NCBI GenBank assembly: GCA_963666285.1 | Contig: OY762711.1 | Source of the DNA: Sedimentisphaerales bacterium | Lineage (GTDB): Bacteria; Planctomycetota; Phycisphaerae; Sedimentisphaerales; SM23-30 | Length of the DNA: 64,000 nt | Direction: 5' to 3' (one strand) | Part shown: in pieces, positions 40,094 to 50,889 of the stretch | Numbering within the stretch: the first letter of the stretch is position 1 | Layout of the letters: every line of letters begins with the position of its first letter | Translations under genes and position numbers: made by a program | The notes under the pieces: model-generated | Seen by the model: only the letters and a program-made list of their open reading frames with translations | Told to the model about the DNA's origin: nothing | The model's database searches: none

Positions 40094-41560
40094 CTATCCG
40101 AGAAGCTGCAATACACTTTGCGGGGCAACATTAGCCTGGGCAAGTACATTGGTTGCAGAAGACACCAGAATCTGAGCTCTAGTCAAAGCTGATGTTTCAG
40201 TGGCAAAGTCGGTATCTCTAATAGCAGATTCCGCAGCCGTCAGGTTTTCCCTGGTAACAGTTAATGAGTTAATCGTTTTATCTAACGTATTTTTCTGGAA
40301 AGAACCGAGCCTGCCGCGAAGTCCAGAAATATCATCTATCGAAGCATCTATAATTCTTTGAGCCGTATAAAGATTGGTCGAAGACAAAGAGTTTGCTCCG
40401 CCGGTTTTCAGGGTATTAAGCTTGCCATCATCAAAATTACCAAGCGAAGCTGTACTGATACTCCTGATACCAACAGCTTCCAGCCCAACAGCATCGACCT
40501 TGGAACCAATAGCAAAATCAGCCCCCCCGGCAGTTACACTAAAGCTACTGGAGCTAGTAGCCTGAGCATGCTTGTCGGTGAGAACAAGCGACAAATCAAG
40601 CATGGCAGTTTTTATGGACAGTTCTTTGCCTGAAGCCACTGCCTGGGTACCATTTATTGTAGCAACAGCATCAATACCATAGTCTTTTACACTAGGCAGC
40701 TCGCCACCGGTTATTGCACCAGTAGTAGCATCAGAGCCCAAAATTTTAGTATTGTTTGATCCAGAGCTTAATTGTTCGACGCTGACGTAGGCGTCAGCAC
40801 CAAAATCAACAGAGTTTAACTTTGCAACCTGACCACTGACAGTTGCAGATACGCCGGTTACTTCCATAACAGAATTTATACTTGCTGTAATGCCGCTAAC
40901 TAAAGTACCACTGGCAAAGGTCAGTTCCGTACTGCCGCGATTAGAGCCAATCTTTATGCTAATAGATCCACCGGCAACTGCACCAGATAAATAAGCTTTA
41001 CCACTCTGTGAGGAAGTAATAACATTTATATCAACAGTCATAGCGGCACCATCAATCAATTTTGCCCCGTTTACTTTCAGATCAACAATTTGACTTGCAA
41101 AAGTAACCGTAGAAGAACCGCTGACAGTATAATCGAAGTTTCCGTTAAGAAGCTTTAACCCCTCAAACTCAGTGGAATTTGAAATTCGGTCAATTGTGTT
41201 CAGAATTGAATCAGCTTGAAGCTGATTAGCAGTAATTTCTTCTTCGCTCATACCACCGGTATTGGCAGATTCCAGAACGAGCTGCTGCAGTTCAATTAAC
41301 ATACCGCTCACTTCATCCAACGCACCTTCAGCAGTTCCAATAATATTGATAGCACGTTCCGCATTCTTTAAGGCAGACTCAGTACCGGCTATCTGCTTTC
41401 TTAAATTTTCAGATGCAATCAAACCAGCCGGATCATCAGCCCCACGATTGATTTTAATACCTGTACTCAGGCGTTCAAGGGAGACATTCAACTGATCATT
41501 ATTGTTGTTGAGAATTCTGGTACTGATCAGTGCCGTGACGTTAGTGTTAATTCTGCTCAT
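40094..41560 (-). CDS. fliC: Flagellin
   Basis: RINTNV, LERLSTGIKINRGADDPAGL, SAIRDTDFATE, PQSVLQLL. Confidence 0.96.
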   Translation of the reverse strand: MSRINTNVTALISTRILNNNNDQLNVSLERLSTGIKINRGADDPAGLIASENLRKQIAGTESALKNAERAINIIGTAEGALDEVSGMLIELQQLVLESANTGGMSEEEITANQLQADSILNTIDRISNSTEFEGLKLLNGNFDYTVSGSSTVTFASQIVDLKVNGAKLIDGAAMTVDINVITSSQSGKAYLSGAVAGGSISIKIGSNRGSTELTFASGTLVSGITASINSVMEVTGVSATVSGQVAKLNSVDFGADAYVSVEQLSSGSNNTKILGSDATTGAITGGELPSVKDYGIDAVATINGTQAVASGKELSIKTAMLDLSLVLTDKHAQATSSSSFSVTAGGADFAIGSKVDAVGLEAVGIRSISTASLGNFDDGKLNTLKTGGANSLSSTNLYTAQRIIDASIDDISGLRGRLGSFQKNTLDKTINSLTVTRENLTAAESAIRDTDFATETSALTRAQILVSSATNVLAQANVAPQSVLQLLG

Positions 41561-42121
41561 AACAAATTACCTCCATCCACAATGGAGGGTTATGATGTTT
41601 CGTTGTCAAAATGACATATGTATAACCGGTTCTGCATCCGTTACACAAAAGAAACCTCATTACCCGGGGTGTTCAAATTTTCACTTGAAGAATATTATGC
41701 TAACAACTTCTCACAAATTGCACAACTTGAGCAATCCTCAAATGAACCAAATTAAATTTATGTATGACTTAAGCGGTTCTGCAGCCGCAACGCCATACCT
41801 GGCCTTACCCAAACTCTAATTTCCAAAATGTCGAAATATTCAATTGCGACACACAGCCAATCGACATGTATTTATTTTTTTCTTCACTTTATACATAAAT
41901 ATTTTCTTATTGGACTTTAATATATTTATCGGGCTAATCTGCGATAACGAGCGTAAATACCGATAACCAAATACAGCATGTAAGCCTCTAATTTTCAGTG
42001 CATTAGATTAACCCAACCAATTATTTTCAGTTATCAGACAATAGAATTGAGCGAACACAATTTTGATAAACTTTAATAGAAAAACTTATATACTCACATT
42101 AATTATTATAAACTTCCCAAC

Positions 42122-42150
42122 TTGACTTACCCTGTTTTAAATGCGACAAT
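42122..42150 (+). promoter_or_regulatory. Sigma70-like promoter for the structured leader and small ORF
   Basis: TTGACT-17-GACAAT with TG extension. Confidence 0.45.
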
Positions 42151-42181
42151 TGGTTAAGTAGTTTTATTAAATTTCTACAAA

Positions 42182-42289
42182 GTCACTACTTTCCTTGGAG
42201 AAAACAAAAAGTTACGTGACAGCAGAACAACGTTGTTCATTTCGGTTTTCATGCAGGCTGCTGCATGCCGGTTGTCACACGAGGTGTGA
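42182..42289 (+). ncRNA. Candidate structured leader RNA (unassigned)
   Basis: Nested stems: GTGACAGC/GTTGTCAC enclosing GAACAACGTTGTTC and CATGCAG-GCTG-CTGCATG; alternative TCACAC-GAG-GTGTGA. Confidence 0.4.
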
Positions 42290-42352
42290 AAACTTTATCG
42301 GTCGATATCTAGGGTTACATTTTTCAATGGCCGAGTCAGGAGGTTAACACAG

Positions 42353-42625
42353 GTGAGAAAGTTTGTCTTTAATTTTGTTTTTGCTTTTGTGCTGGGCGTA
42401 CTAACTACAATCTGGTTTATCAGCCCGGGTGAGGTAAAGGGTTTTATCGCAGATGCAACGAAAGAAGGTGCTTTCAATCTGCCAAAGTTACAAAAGAATG
42501 CAGATTGGGCTGGTGCCGAACAAAAGGTACTCAGCGGTGCGCAGAAAACTGTTGACGCTGTAAGTGAATGGGACATGTTTAACAGTTTACGTGCGAAAAA
42601 CTATGTCAACGAACAAGTAAAATAA
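42353..42625 (+). CDS. Small membrane-anchored hypothetical protein
   Basis: AGGAGG RBS, GTG start, one N-terminal TM, followed by a terminator. Confidence 0.75.
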   Translation: MRKFVFNFVFAFVLGVLTTIWFISPGEVKGFIADATKEGAFNLPKLQKNADWAGAEQKVLSGAQKTVDAVSEWDMFNSLRAKNYVNEQVK

Positions 42626-42670
42626 TGACTGTATGAAATGTTTGCTGAAAAACATTTTTCAATAGCAAAC

Positions 42671-42707
42671 AAAAAAGCCTGCTTGAAATGCCAAGCAGGC
42701 TTTTTTT
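42671..42707 (+). terminator. Intrinsic (bidirectional-type) terminator
   Basis: AAAAAAGCCTGCTTG-loop-CAAGCAGGCTTTTTTT. Confidence 0.88.
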
Positions 42708-42927
42708 ATTTAAGGTCGCCACAAAGATTCATTTCGTGCTGCAAACAGGCATTTCACATGCGACGAGAAAGCAATTTTTCGAGGACATTTGAATATTAGC
42801 AATAGTAAGACCAGCAAATTCAATATTTTACATCTTTTTTACATTTCACAAAGGATATTATCCCACAATTCTAAAATTTGAGATATAATATAAAACAGGT
42901 TTTAGATGAATTAAACAAGGAGTCATT

Positions 42928-44256
42928 ATGTTTTACAGGTATTTACTATCAGTTTTGCTGATAGCTCTTACACCACTTTCGCTTTGGGGTGGTTCAGATG
43001 AAAAAGAGCCGGATAGAAATTCTGTAAAGGTTAATATTGCAGCCGGTAATTATTATCTGAAATCGGCCCAAAGACAAAAGGCATATATCCAGATTGAACT
43101 CACAGCCCCCGAACTAGTCCCGCCATCAAGCAGACAGCCGCTAAACCTGGCAATAGTAGTTGATCGTTCAACACTGAATACAAAAGAAAGCCCTGATTCG
43201 GTCATTGACAGTGTTCTTAATATTGTAAATCAACTTGAAAAGAATGATACTCTTTCAATATTGACTTATGGCAATTCAGTCAACACAATTTTTCCCGCAG
43301 CAAGAATCACTGACTATCAAACGGTAAAGAATATTATTAGAAGTATTACTCCAGACAATGGTTCAATTCTATTTGCCGCAGTCAGTAAAGCTGCATATGA
43401 GGTTCAGAAATTTAATAAACCTGACGTAGTAAGCAGGATAATCATTATCAGTAAAAATGCAATAACAATCGGACCGGATACACCTGAAATACTGGGCGAC
43501 CTGGGGATATCGCTACTCAAAGATAACATTACTGTTTCTACGATAGGTATCGGGAACAGATTTAATGATTTAGGACTGGCTAAATTATCGATTAATAGCA
43601 ATGGCCATTTTTACTACATAGAAAACAACAGTCAACTACCAGAGATATTATCAAAAGATATTTCAAACGCCCTGACCGTAACAGCAAAAAATATTAACAT
43701 TTCTGTAGCTTTCTCTGAAAGTGTTCGCTCCGCAAGGTCGCTAAAACACGCTGGAGAAATGAAAGGCAATACCACTAATTTTACGATTAAAGAACTTTAT
43801 GCCAATCAGCCATACTCTATTCTAATGGAATTGGATGTTGCCGCCGGTCAAAGCACTAAAGTAATAGAACTAGCTACAATAGAGACGTTAAGCAATAATA
43901 TTTTGACGAACAAATTCGAAAAGAATACCAAAACTATTAAAGCCATATATACAACAAACGACTCAATAATAAATAATAATATTAATAATAAGGTAATGGC
44001 TACAGTATCAAAACATCTTGCATTTAGCAAATACACTAATGCATTAGAACTGAGAGAAAAAGGAAACATCGCACAAGCTGTCGTTTTATCTCGTGAGGCG
44101 AATCTGCTATTTGAAGATTCCCATTATGAACATCAGGATAAGACAATCGATTTAATTAATAACCTGTCAAAAATGCCTGAGATTTTCCAGAATAACAATT
44201 TATACTATAACGGAGGCAGGAAGCTGCTGCTTTCAATTATTTATTCGGATTATTAA
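42928..44256 (+). CDS. Secreted vWA-domain protein (YfbK-like) with degenerate MIDAS
   Basis: PLNLAIVVDRS, ITVSTIGIG..FN, GHFYYIE. Confidence 0.82.
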   Translation: MFYRYLLSVLLIALTPLSLWGGSDEKEPDRNSVKVNIAAGNYYLKSAQRQKAYIQIELTAPELVPPSSRQPLNLAIVVDRSTLNTKESPDSVIDSVLNIVNQLEKNDTLSILTYGNSVNTIFPAARITDYQTVKNIIRSITPDNGSILFAAVSKAAYEVQKFNKPDVVSRIIIISKNAITIGPDTPEILGDLGISLLKDNITVSTIGIGNRFNDLGLAKLSINSNGHFYYIENNSQLPEILSKDISNALTVTAKNINISVAFSESVRSARSLKHAGEMKGNTTNFTIKELYANQPYSILMELDVAAGQSTKVIELATIETLSNNILTNKFEKNTKTIKAIYTTNDSIINNNINNKVMATVSKHLAFSKYTNALELREKGNIAQAVVLSREANLLFEDSHYEHQDKTIDLINNLSKMPEIFQNNNLYYNGGRKLLLSIIYSDY

Positions 44257-44336
44257 TACTAATACATTAGACAAACATTCAAGTTACTACCATCAAGTCA
44301 CTTGCCGCTTTGAGGCATTTCTGATAAAATAATACT

Positions 44337-45950
44337 ATGAAACCAAAATTATTTATACTGTTTTTCACAATGCTGATCACACCGCTGATAGGAATCGCGG
44401 TATTAGGAAAAGTATTAGCTGAAAATGAAAATATAACCTCAAAGGAAAGAACACGAGGAATAATTGCTAATAATATTGATGGGATAACTCAACAAATTGA
44501 ACGAAAAATAGAAAGCATGCGGGACCAACTCCTGAAAGATACCCAGCTGGAAAATCTCGACCAGGAAAAATTAGAAAATATCCTCAAACAAAATCCCCTG
44601 GTTGAAGAAGTCTTTGCGTTTTCTTCAGACGGTAAACTAGAATGGCCAACAGGTAATGAAGTAATAACATTCTATTTCAAATACAGCAAGGTAATACTTG
44701 ACAAACAGTTCATTTTTGAAAACTCTGATAATTACTTTAAATTGCCAAGCTCGGTAACTACCACCGGCTCTGAAAATATTGATCAATCAGTATCACAAGC
44801 AGAAATCGAAGATACAATCTCAAAATTACCTGATTGGGGATGGCATCCCTGGTTTGACGGTCCCGGCCTGAGACTTATTTTCTGGCAAAAAACACATAAC
44901 AATGAAATAATAGGTATCATACTAAACCGGGCAAAAGTTTTATCTGATATTATATCAGTCTTACCGGAAAACAAAATCTCTTCAGAAGCTTCAAATGCGA
45001 AAAAACCTCCATTTAAGTACACTCTCATAAATGGGATGGAACAGGCAATATATCAATGGGGAAAGAAAAAAGTTGATACTAATACATCTCCATTCTACAG
45101 CAGAAACCTTCCGAGCCCATTGAGCAACTGGAAGATAGCCTGTTTTTGCCCTGACGAATATTTTCAAAGCAGCGGAAGACTTTGGTTTTATAATACAGCA
45201 GCAATAATTATATCATTATCTGTATTTTTTATTGCAGTGGCAGCTATCCTATTCCGCGAGATGAGAAAAACTGTCAAGGAAGCTTCACAGAGAGTAAATT
45301 TTGCCAGCCAGGTCTCACATGAGCTCAAAACCCCACTCACAAATATAAGGATGTATGCAGAACTACTCGAAGAAAGCATTTCCGAAGAAGATCAGAGACT
45401 AAGCGGCTTTGCCGGCATAATATCTGAAGAGAGCAGAAGGCTCACCAGGTTGATTGCAAACATTCTTACATTCTCAAGAAAGCAGCGAAATAAACTTGTC
45501 CTGAAAGCCGGAACGCATAATCCAGATGAGATAATAAGAAAAGTAATAGCCAACCATAAACCATCTCTAAAACAACTTGACATTACTCCAACACTTAAAT
45601 TAAACGCAAATGTCGAGTATGAACTTGACCAGGATAAATTTGAACAAATTATCGGGAACTTGATCAATAATGTAGAAAAATATGCAGCAACAGGCAAAAA
45701 GATTGAAATCACAAGTAAAATTTCACATGGAAAATTAGAAGTCACTGTAGCTGATAACGGACCTGGAATAGCTCCATGCCACTGGGAAAAGATATTTCAG
45801 CCGTTTTATCGTATAAGCGATAAAGCCAGTGACGGAACCGCCGGAACAGGTATAGGCCTTAGTATTGCACGCGACCTGACAAGACTTCATGATGGAGATC
45901 TAACAATAGTTGACAGTACAAACGGTGCAAAATTCAGGCTAATAATATAA
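44337..45950 (+). CDS. Membrane sensor histidine kinase
   Basis: Two TM; SHELKTPLTNI, NNVEKY, DNGPGI, GTGIGLSI. Confidence 0.93.
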   Translation: MKPKLFILFFTMLITPLIGIAVLGKVLAENENITSKERTRGIIANNIDGITQQIERKIESMRDQLLKDTQLENLDQEKLENILKQNPLVEEVFAFSSDGKLEWPTGNEVITFYFKYSKVILDKQFIFENSDNYFKLPSSVTTTGSENIDQSVSQAEIEDTISKLPDWGWHPWFDGPGLRLIFWQKTHNNEIIGIILNRAKVLSDIISVLPENKISSEASNAKKPPFKYTLINGMEQAIYQWGKKKVDTNTSPFYSRNLPSPLSNWKIACFCPDEYFQSSGRLWFYNTAAIIISLSVFFIAVAAILFREMRKTVKEASQRVNFASQVSHELKTPLTNIRMYAELLEESISEEDQRLSGFAGIISEESRRLTRLIANILTFSRKQRNKLVLKAGTHNPDEIIRKVIANHKPSLKQLDITPTLKLNANVEYELDQDKFEQIIGNLINNVEKYAATGKKIEITSKISHGKLEVTVADNGPGIAPCHWEKIFQPFYRISDKASDGTAGTGIGLSIARDLTRLHDGDLTIVDSTNGAKFRLII

Positions 45951-45981
45951 TTGAGTACCCCCAAACAAACAGAGGAAGATA

Positions 45982-46680
45982 ATGAAAATTTTAATTGCAG
46001 AAGATGATCACAATATACTCAACGGTCTCAAGGAAATTTTCCAGGGAGAAGGCTACCAGACAGTGCTGGCTTCCAATGGCACAGATGCAATAGAGAAATA
46101 TAAAGCCAGTAATCCTGATTTTGTCTGCCTGGATATCATGATGCCCGGTTTAGGCGGTTATGACGTCTGCAAAGAGATACGCAGCTACGATCAAAATATC
46201 CCGATCATATTTATAAGTGCCAAGTCCGAAGAAATTGATAAGGTTCTTGGCCTGGAACTTGGCGCCGATGATTATATAGTCAAGCCGTTTGGAATCAAAG
46301 AAGTAATCGCCAGAATACGTGCAGTTACCAGGCGATATCTTGCCGGCAAAGAACACAACAAAGAGCAGCTGCCGTTTCTAATGAACGACCTTGAAATAGT
46401 TCCGGCAGAATTGAGATGTAAGCGGGATAATAATACCATCGATCTTTCGATAAGAGACATAAAAATATTGCAATGCTTGTACAAATATATGAACCAAGCG
46501 GTATCAAGAGACACCCTGTTTCATGCCGGATGGGATATAGAACATATGCCGAACTCCCGTACTTTAGATCAGCACATATCTCAGCTCAGAAAAAAAATTG
46601 AGATAGACCCGCAAAGTCCAGAAATAATTAAAACAGTTCATGGAATGGGCTATAGATATGAAAGCGGCCAGTCAATTTAG
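45982..46680 (+). CDS. OmpR-family response regulator
   Basis: AEDD, LDIMMP, GADDYIVKPF, winged-helix TVHGMGY. Confidence 0.95.
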   Translation: MKILIAEDDHNILNGLKEIFQGEGYQTVLASNGTDAIEKYKASNPDFVCLDIMMPGLGGYDVCKEIRSYDQNIPIIFISAKSEEIDKVLGLELGADDYIVKPFGIKEVIARIRAVTRRYLAGKEHNKEQLPFLMNDLEIVPAELRCKRDNNTIDLSIRDIKILQCLYKYMNQAVSRDTLFHAGWDIEHMPNSRTLDQHISQLRKKIEIDPQSPEIIKTVHGMGYRYESGQSI

Positions 46681-46706
46681 GCGGCAAAAGATACGGTTTC
46701 AACCGA

Positions 46707-48767
46707 CTAGCCACGCATATGAACATCAATGATATGATCGGAATTTTCAAGCGGCAAATAAACTCTGACCTGCGTGCCTTCACCTTCTTTGCTATCAATT
46801 TTAATATGTCCTTGATGTGCCTCTACTATCCTTTTAACAATATCAAGCCCAAGCCCTGTCCCTTCACCAGCCTTTTTGGTAGTAAACAGAGGATCAAAGA
46901 CCTTGTCGATTATATTTTCAGGAATACCATACCCATTATCAGCTATCTCAACAAATGCATATCCCCCCTCCTGAGAAATACGAATAGATAAAACACCAGT
47001 CTCCCCAATAGCATGAAGTGCATTTTGTATCAGATTTGTCCAGATTTGATTTAATTGCTCAACATCTCCCATAACATCAGGAAGCTTATCATAGGAAGTA
47101 TCCAGTTTAATACCTCGTTTAATCTGATTGTGGAAAAGTAAAAGGACATTTTCTATACAACTACGAAGATTGACCGGAGCTACATTATAATCTTCGCCCT
47201 GATTCGACCCGGAATACATATAGCTTTTGAGTGCTTTAACTATTCGAGATGCTTTTCCGACAGCAACATCAATCATACTGCAGCCTCGAACAATTTCAGC
47301 AAGCTTGCCAAACTCTTCAAAAATTTCCAGACTATCATTTGATTTAATAAAATCAATATGTTTCTGCCATTCGGTATGCAGTTTTAGATCAACCAGCAGC
47401 CTGGCAAACTCATCCGAATCAGATATTCCGTTTTCAGCAAGCATTTCCGAAAGAGTAGTTCTTATTACCCGATCTTCCCTGGTACTGAGAGTTTTAGAAT
47501 AATCCTGATTTTCGAGCACATGCATAAGCATATGTTTTATTTCATATCCATATGGGCCGCTGAACCATTCAGAAAGTTTTTCCACATCTTTAACTAAAGA
47601 AACCGCATTGTCTCCAATAACACCTGAAGCAGACCCAATAGCACCAAGAGGAGAATTAATTTCGTGCGCTATACCAGCAGCAAGATGCCCCAAAACCGCC
47701 ATTTTTTCTGACATAATCAAACGCCCCTGAGATGTTTTGACATCGGTCAGAGCAATATGAAGTTCTTTATTCTTTCTATCCAGCTCTTCAGTTCTTTCAG
47801 CAACCTTTTTTTCAAGAGTCTGGGAATATTCCTTCAACTCCTTATGCGCTTCAAGCAGCTCCTGCTCCTTAGATTTTATTTTAATAGTTATTTTGTTTAC
47901 CTGCTGTTTTAAGGTAAATACAAAAGTCACTGAAATAATTACAATAGCTGCAAGGGCAGCAAGTAAATATACAAGCCATTTGGGTACAACTTTCTCTGGA
48001 ACAGAACTAGCTCCCAAGCCATATTTATCTAATAACTGATAGTAGACAGATGAAGGATCATTCCTGTATATCTTCAATCTTTTATCAAATGCAGCTATCA
48101 GGTCAGGATCTTTTCCTTTAGGAAAAGAACATGTGCACGCAACAGGATTAAAATAAAAACCTCCACTTTTTAGCCCTTTCTCAGTCAAAAAAGATCTATC
48201 AAGGAGTCTGGGGCCTACAACTGCATATACATCACCCTTTTGCAACCCGGCATAAGCCTGTTCGTGGTTATCATATTCAACCGGAATATATTTTATATGA
48301 TAATTACCAATGTATTTATAAAATTGAATCGAATTGTTATCATTCTTGACTAAACCTATTTTGCTTCCGTTAAGATCTCCCAGGATTAAATCAACACCCT
48401 TCCTGACATATAACTCACTCCACATTGTATAGAGAGAGCCTTCCATATAATCCAAAACCAGCTTTCTTTCTTCAGATACCTGCGTACCCGGCAGAATATC
48501 AACTTTTCCACTTTTAGTCATCTCAAAGCATTCTGCCCACGTACCATCAACCCACTCAATATCGATTTCCTCATCTTGAGCTAAATAAACGACCATCTCA
48601 CAGAGAAATCCACCAGGAGAACCATCTTTGTTTCTATACATATAACCTGGCACATTAGGAAGAGCCGCCTTATAGGTCCTTCCACTAACAGAAGCAGCAT
48701 TTTCATCCTGTCCAAGCGAAATACCACATATTGCCAACAATAATACACTTATTAATAATCGAATCAT
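46707..48767 (-). CDS. Sensor histidine kinase with one periplasmic solute-binding domain
   Basis: Signal peptide, PBP domain, [29 protein letters not shown]. Confidence 0.92.
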   Translation of the reverse strand: MIRLLISVLLLAICGISLGQDENAASVSGRTYKAALPNVPGYMYRNKDGSPGGFLCEMVVYLAQDEEIDIEWVDGTWAECFEMTKSGKVDILPGTQVSEERKLVLDYMEGSLYTMWSELYVRKGVDLILGDLNGSKIGLVKNDNNSIQFYKYIGNYHIKYIPVEYDNHEQAYAGLQKGDVYAVVGPRLLDRSFLTEKGLKSGGFYFNPVACTCSFPKGKDPDLIAAFDKRLKIYRNDPSSVYYQLLDKYGLGASSVPEKVVPKWLVYLLAALAAIVIISVTFVFTLKQQVNKITIKIKSKEQELLEAHKELKEYSQTLEKKVAERTEELDRKNKELHIALTDVKTSQGRLIMSEKMAVLGHLAAGIAHEINSPLGAIGSASGVIGDNAVSLVKDVEKLSEWFSGPYGYEIKHMLMHVLENQDYSKTLSTREDRVIRTTLSEMLAENGISDSDEFARLLVDLKLHTEWQKHIDFIKSNDSLEIFEEFGKLAEIVRGCSMIDVAVGKASRIVKALKSYMYSGSNQGEDYNVAPVNLRSCIENVLLLFHNQIKRGIKLDTSYDKLPDVMGDVEQLNQIWTNLIQNALHAIGETGVLSIRISQEGGYAFVEIADNGYGIPENIIDKVFDPLFTTKKAGEGTGLGLDIVKRIVEAHQGHIKIDSKEGEGTQVRVYLPLENSDHIIDVHMRG

Positions 48768-48826
48768 TCTTATACCACTAAATAAACCTGTCCTGTAATT
48801 ACAATCCCGGCAAATACTTTAATATA

Positions 48827-49720
48827 CTAATCAGGCTCAATATGCACAACAACATCTACTACCTGCTCAAGTTCATCTTCTATTCTTTTTTGAACCATCT
48901 CAGAAATATCATGCCCTTCCCTGACTGTAAGTTCGGCATTTACAACAACATGCATATCAACCGACAATGAAGAACTGCCAATATACCTGGTTCTTACCTT
49001 ATGTACATTAATCACACCGGGCGTTCCATTGACAATTCTATTCATTTCAGTTTTAAGTTCTCTGGAAGCTCCGGCATCAATAAGCTGGTTAAACGAAGGA
49101 CGGCCAATTTTATAGGCTGCAGCTACAATAAATACCGAAACTACAATTGTACCAACAGAATCCAAAAAGTACCATTCAGGCAAAAAAGCAGCTACCAATG
49201 CTGTTGCTGCTGCCGGTATCGAACTTATCCCATCACTTCTATGATGCCAGGCGTTTGCAACCAGTACCTGACTTTTGTATTTTTTAGCATACATCATTGT
49301 CCACTGGTATATCGCCTCTTTGACAATAATAGATATCAATGAAGATAAACCTGCAATAACACCTATGTGTGGGCCTACCGTTGCCTGACGCAATTGAGAA
49401 AGAGCACCATAAAGCATCGCCAAAGCCACCAGAAACAACGAGACAGCTATCAGCAATGTCAAAAGAATCTCCAGCCGCTGATGCCCGTGGGGATGGTCAT
49501 CATCAGGCGGCCTGTCCCAATATTTTGCACCCCACAGCACTGCAATATCAGTAAAACAATCAGACAGACTATGGGTGGCATCTGCAATAACTGCATGGCT
49601 ATGTCCGATAATTCCAGCTATATATTTTAAGCCGGATAAAGCTAAATTTATCACCAGGCTTAAAATCGTAATTCGATTTATTGCCTGCGTCCTGCTAATT
49701 GTCTCTGTTTCGCTATTCAT
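48827..49720 (-). CDS. Cation diffusion facilitator (FieF-like) transporter
   Basis: ADATHSLSD, HPHGH, AWHHRSD, VVVHIEP. Confidence 0.92.
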   Translation of the reverse strand: MNSETETISRTQAINRITILSLVINLALSGLKYIAGIIGHSHAVIADATHSLSDCFTDIAVLWGAKYWDRPPDDDHPHGHQRLEILLTLLIAVSLFLVALAMLYGALSQLRQATVGPHIGVIAGLSSLISIIVKEAIYQWTMMYAKKYKSQVLVANAWHHRSDGISSIPAAATALVAAFLPEWYFLDSVGTIVVSVFIVAAAYKIGRPSFNQLIDAGASRELKTEMNRIVNGTPGVINVHKVRTRYIGSSSLSVDMHVVVNAELTVREGHDISEMVQKRIEDELEQVVDVVVHIEPD

Positions 49721-49879
49721 ATATATTCCTGTAAATAATATACTTACAGAAAAATCTTCAAGTTCGCAATTGTAAAAAAACTCATGTTAATAATCGACCA
49801 TATAAGTAGTTATCTTCTCATTTTATATAAATTCACACACAATTATTTTAAAATAGCTAATATAACTTAGTTTTAAATC

Positions 49880-49911
49880 AAAAAAAGCCGCTGATGTCTC
49901 CACCAACGGCT
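49880..49911 (-). terminator. Probable intrinsic terminator
   Basis: Minus strand AGCCGTTG...CAGCGGCTTTTTTT. Confidence 0.6.
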
Positions 49912-49935
49912 AATAAATACTTAAATACTTTTTTA

Positions 49936-50796
49936 TTACCATAAGAACTGAAGAGAATCTTGTACAAAACGCACCCGATCAGTATACCCCTGGTTAAAAG
50001 TGTTATCATTGATATTTAGATTTTTCATCTCTTCAAAAGAAACCCATTCACAATGGCCATCTACATAAGTTGTATCATTACCAGCCGGCCTACCCCTTTT
50101 AAGATGGTTAGAACCATCATATTCCCCAACTTTTCCATAAGTTCCACCAATAATCTGGTCATATCTGTAGTTATCACTTTGATTGGAATCAGAAACCCTT
50201 AGAGTTACATCTGTAATCATTTCAACTTCGGAAGGATGTTTTACAATATTTTTACGAGTAATCCATTCTCTCTTTGGAGTGCCTTTCAAATAATTAGGAT
50301 GACCGGTAACCTGTGTAGGTCTGACTCCTGAAGTTCCTCCACGTATACCGTCTTTCTGCAATATCCAACAATAGGAAGTAACACGAAAATTATCTTTTCT
50401 TTGTTGTATATCTGTTGGTTCGTCAAAGGTTAATTTTAATGGACTTCCGGCAGAAAATTCTGAATATCTCCATAAATAATCTTTATCATGACTTTTAATT
50501 CTATTGGAAGCACAGTAAAAGATTTCTGGTTCTCCACCATATTTTAATACCATATCTGTTGTCCAGTAACTTATATCCCATGTCCAATTACCGCTTGTCA
50601 TTAACGGCATCCAGTCATCATTCGCATCCGAATACATAATAAAGGCTAGCGCTATCTGTTTTTCATTACTCATACATAAAGTCCTTCTAGCCTGCTCTTT
50701 TGCTTTATTCAAAGCAGGCATAAGAATACTTACCAGCAACGCTATAATAGAAATCACTACCAATAATTCAATTAATGTAAAACCTTTTTTCTTCAT
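49936..50796 (-). CDS. Prepilin-type N-methylation domain protein with H-X9-DG-like C-terminus
   Basis: [28 protein letters not shown]...YVDGH. Confidence 0.9.
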   Translation of the reverse strand: MKKKGFTLIELLVVISIIALLVSILMPALNKAKEQARRTLCMSNEKQIALAFIMYSDANDDWMPLMTSGNWTWDISYWTTDMVLKYGGEPEIFYCASNRIKSHDKDYLWRYSEFSAGSPLKLTFDEPTDIQQRKDNFRVTSYCWILQKDGIRGGTSGVRPTQVTGHPNYLKGTPKREWITRKNIVKHPSEVEMITDVTLRVSDSNQSDNYRYDQIIGGTYGKVGEYDGSNHLKRGRPAGNDTTYVDGHCEWVSFEEMKNLNINDNTFNQGYTDRVRFVQDSLQFLW

Positions 50797-50889
50797 AACA
50801 ACACCTCATTATAAACAAAATACACATTTATTATTTAGTTAGCCTAAAACTAAAAACACAAAAACAAACAATAATTTATTTCAATCTCG

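Noticed and set aside
41908..41936. dif-like site or sigma28 promoter (CCCGATAA) upstream of flagellin
   Set aside because: The putative XerD arm matches poorly and there is no TAAA -35 at the right spacing.
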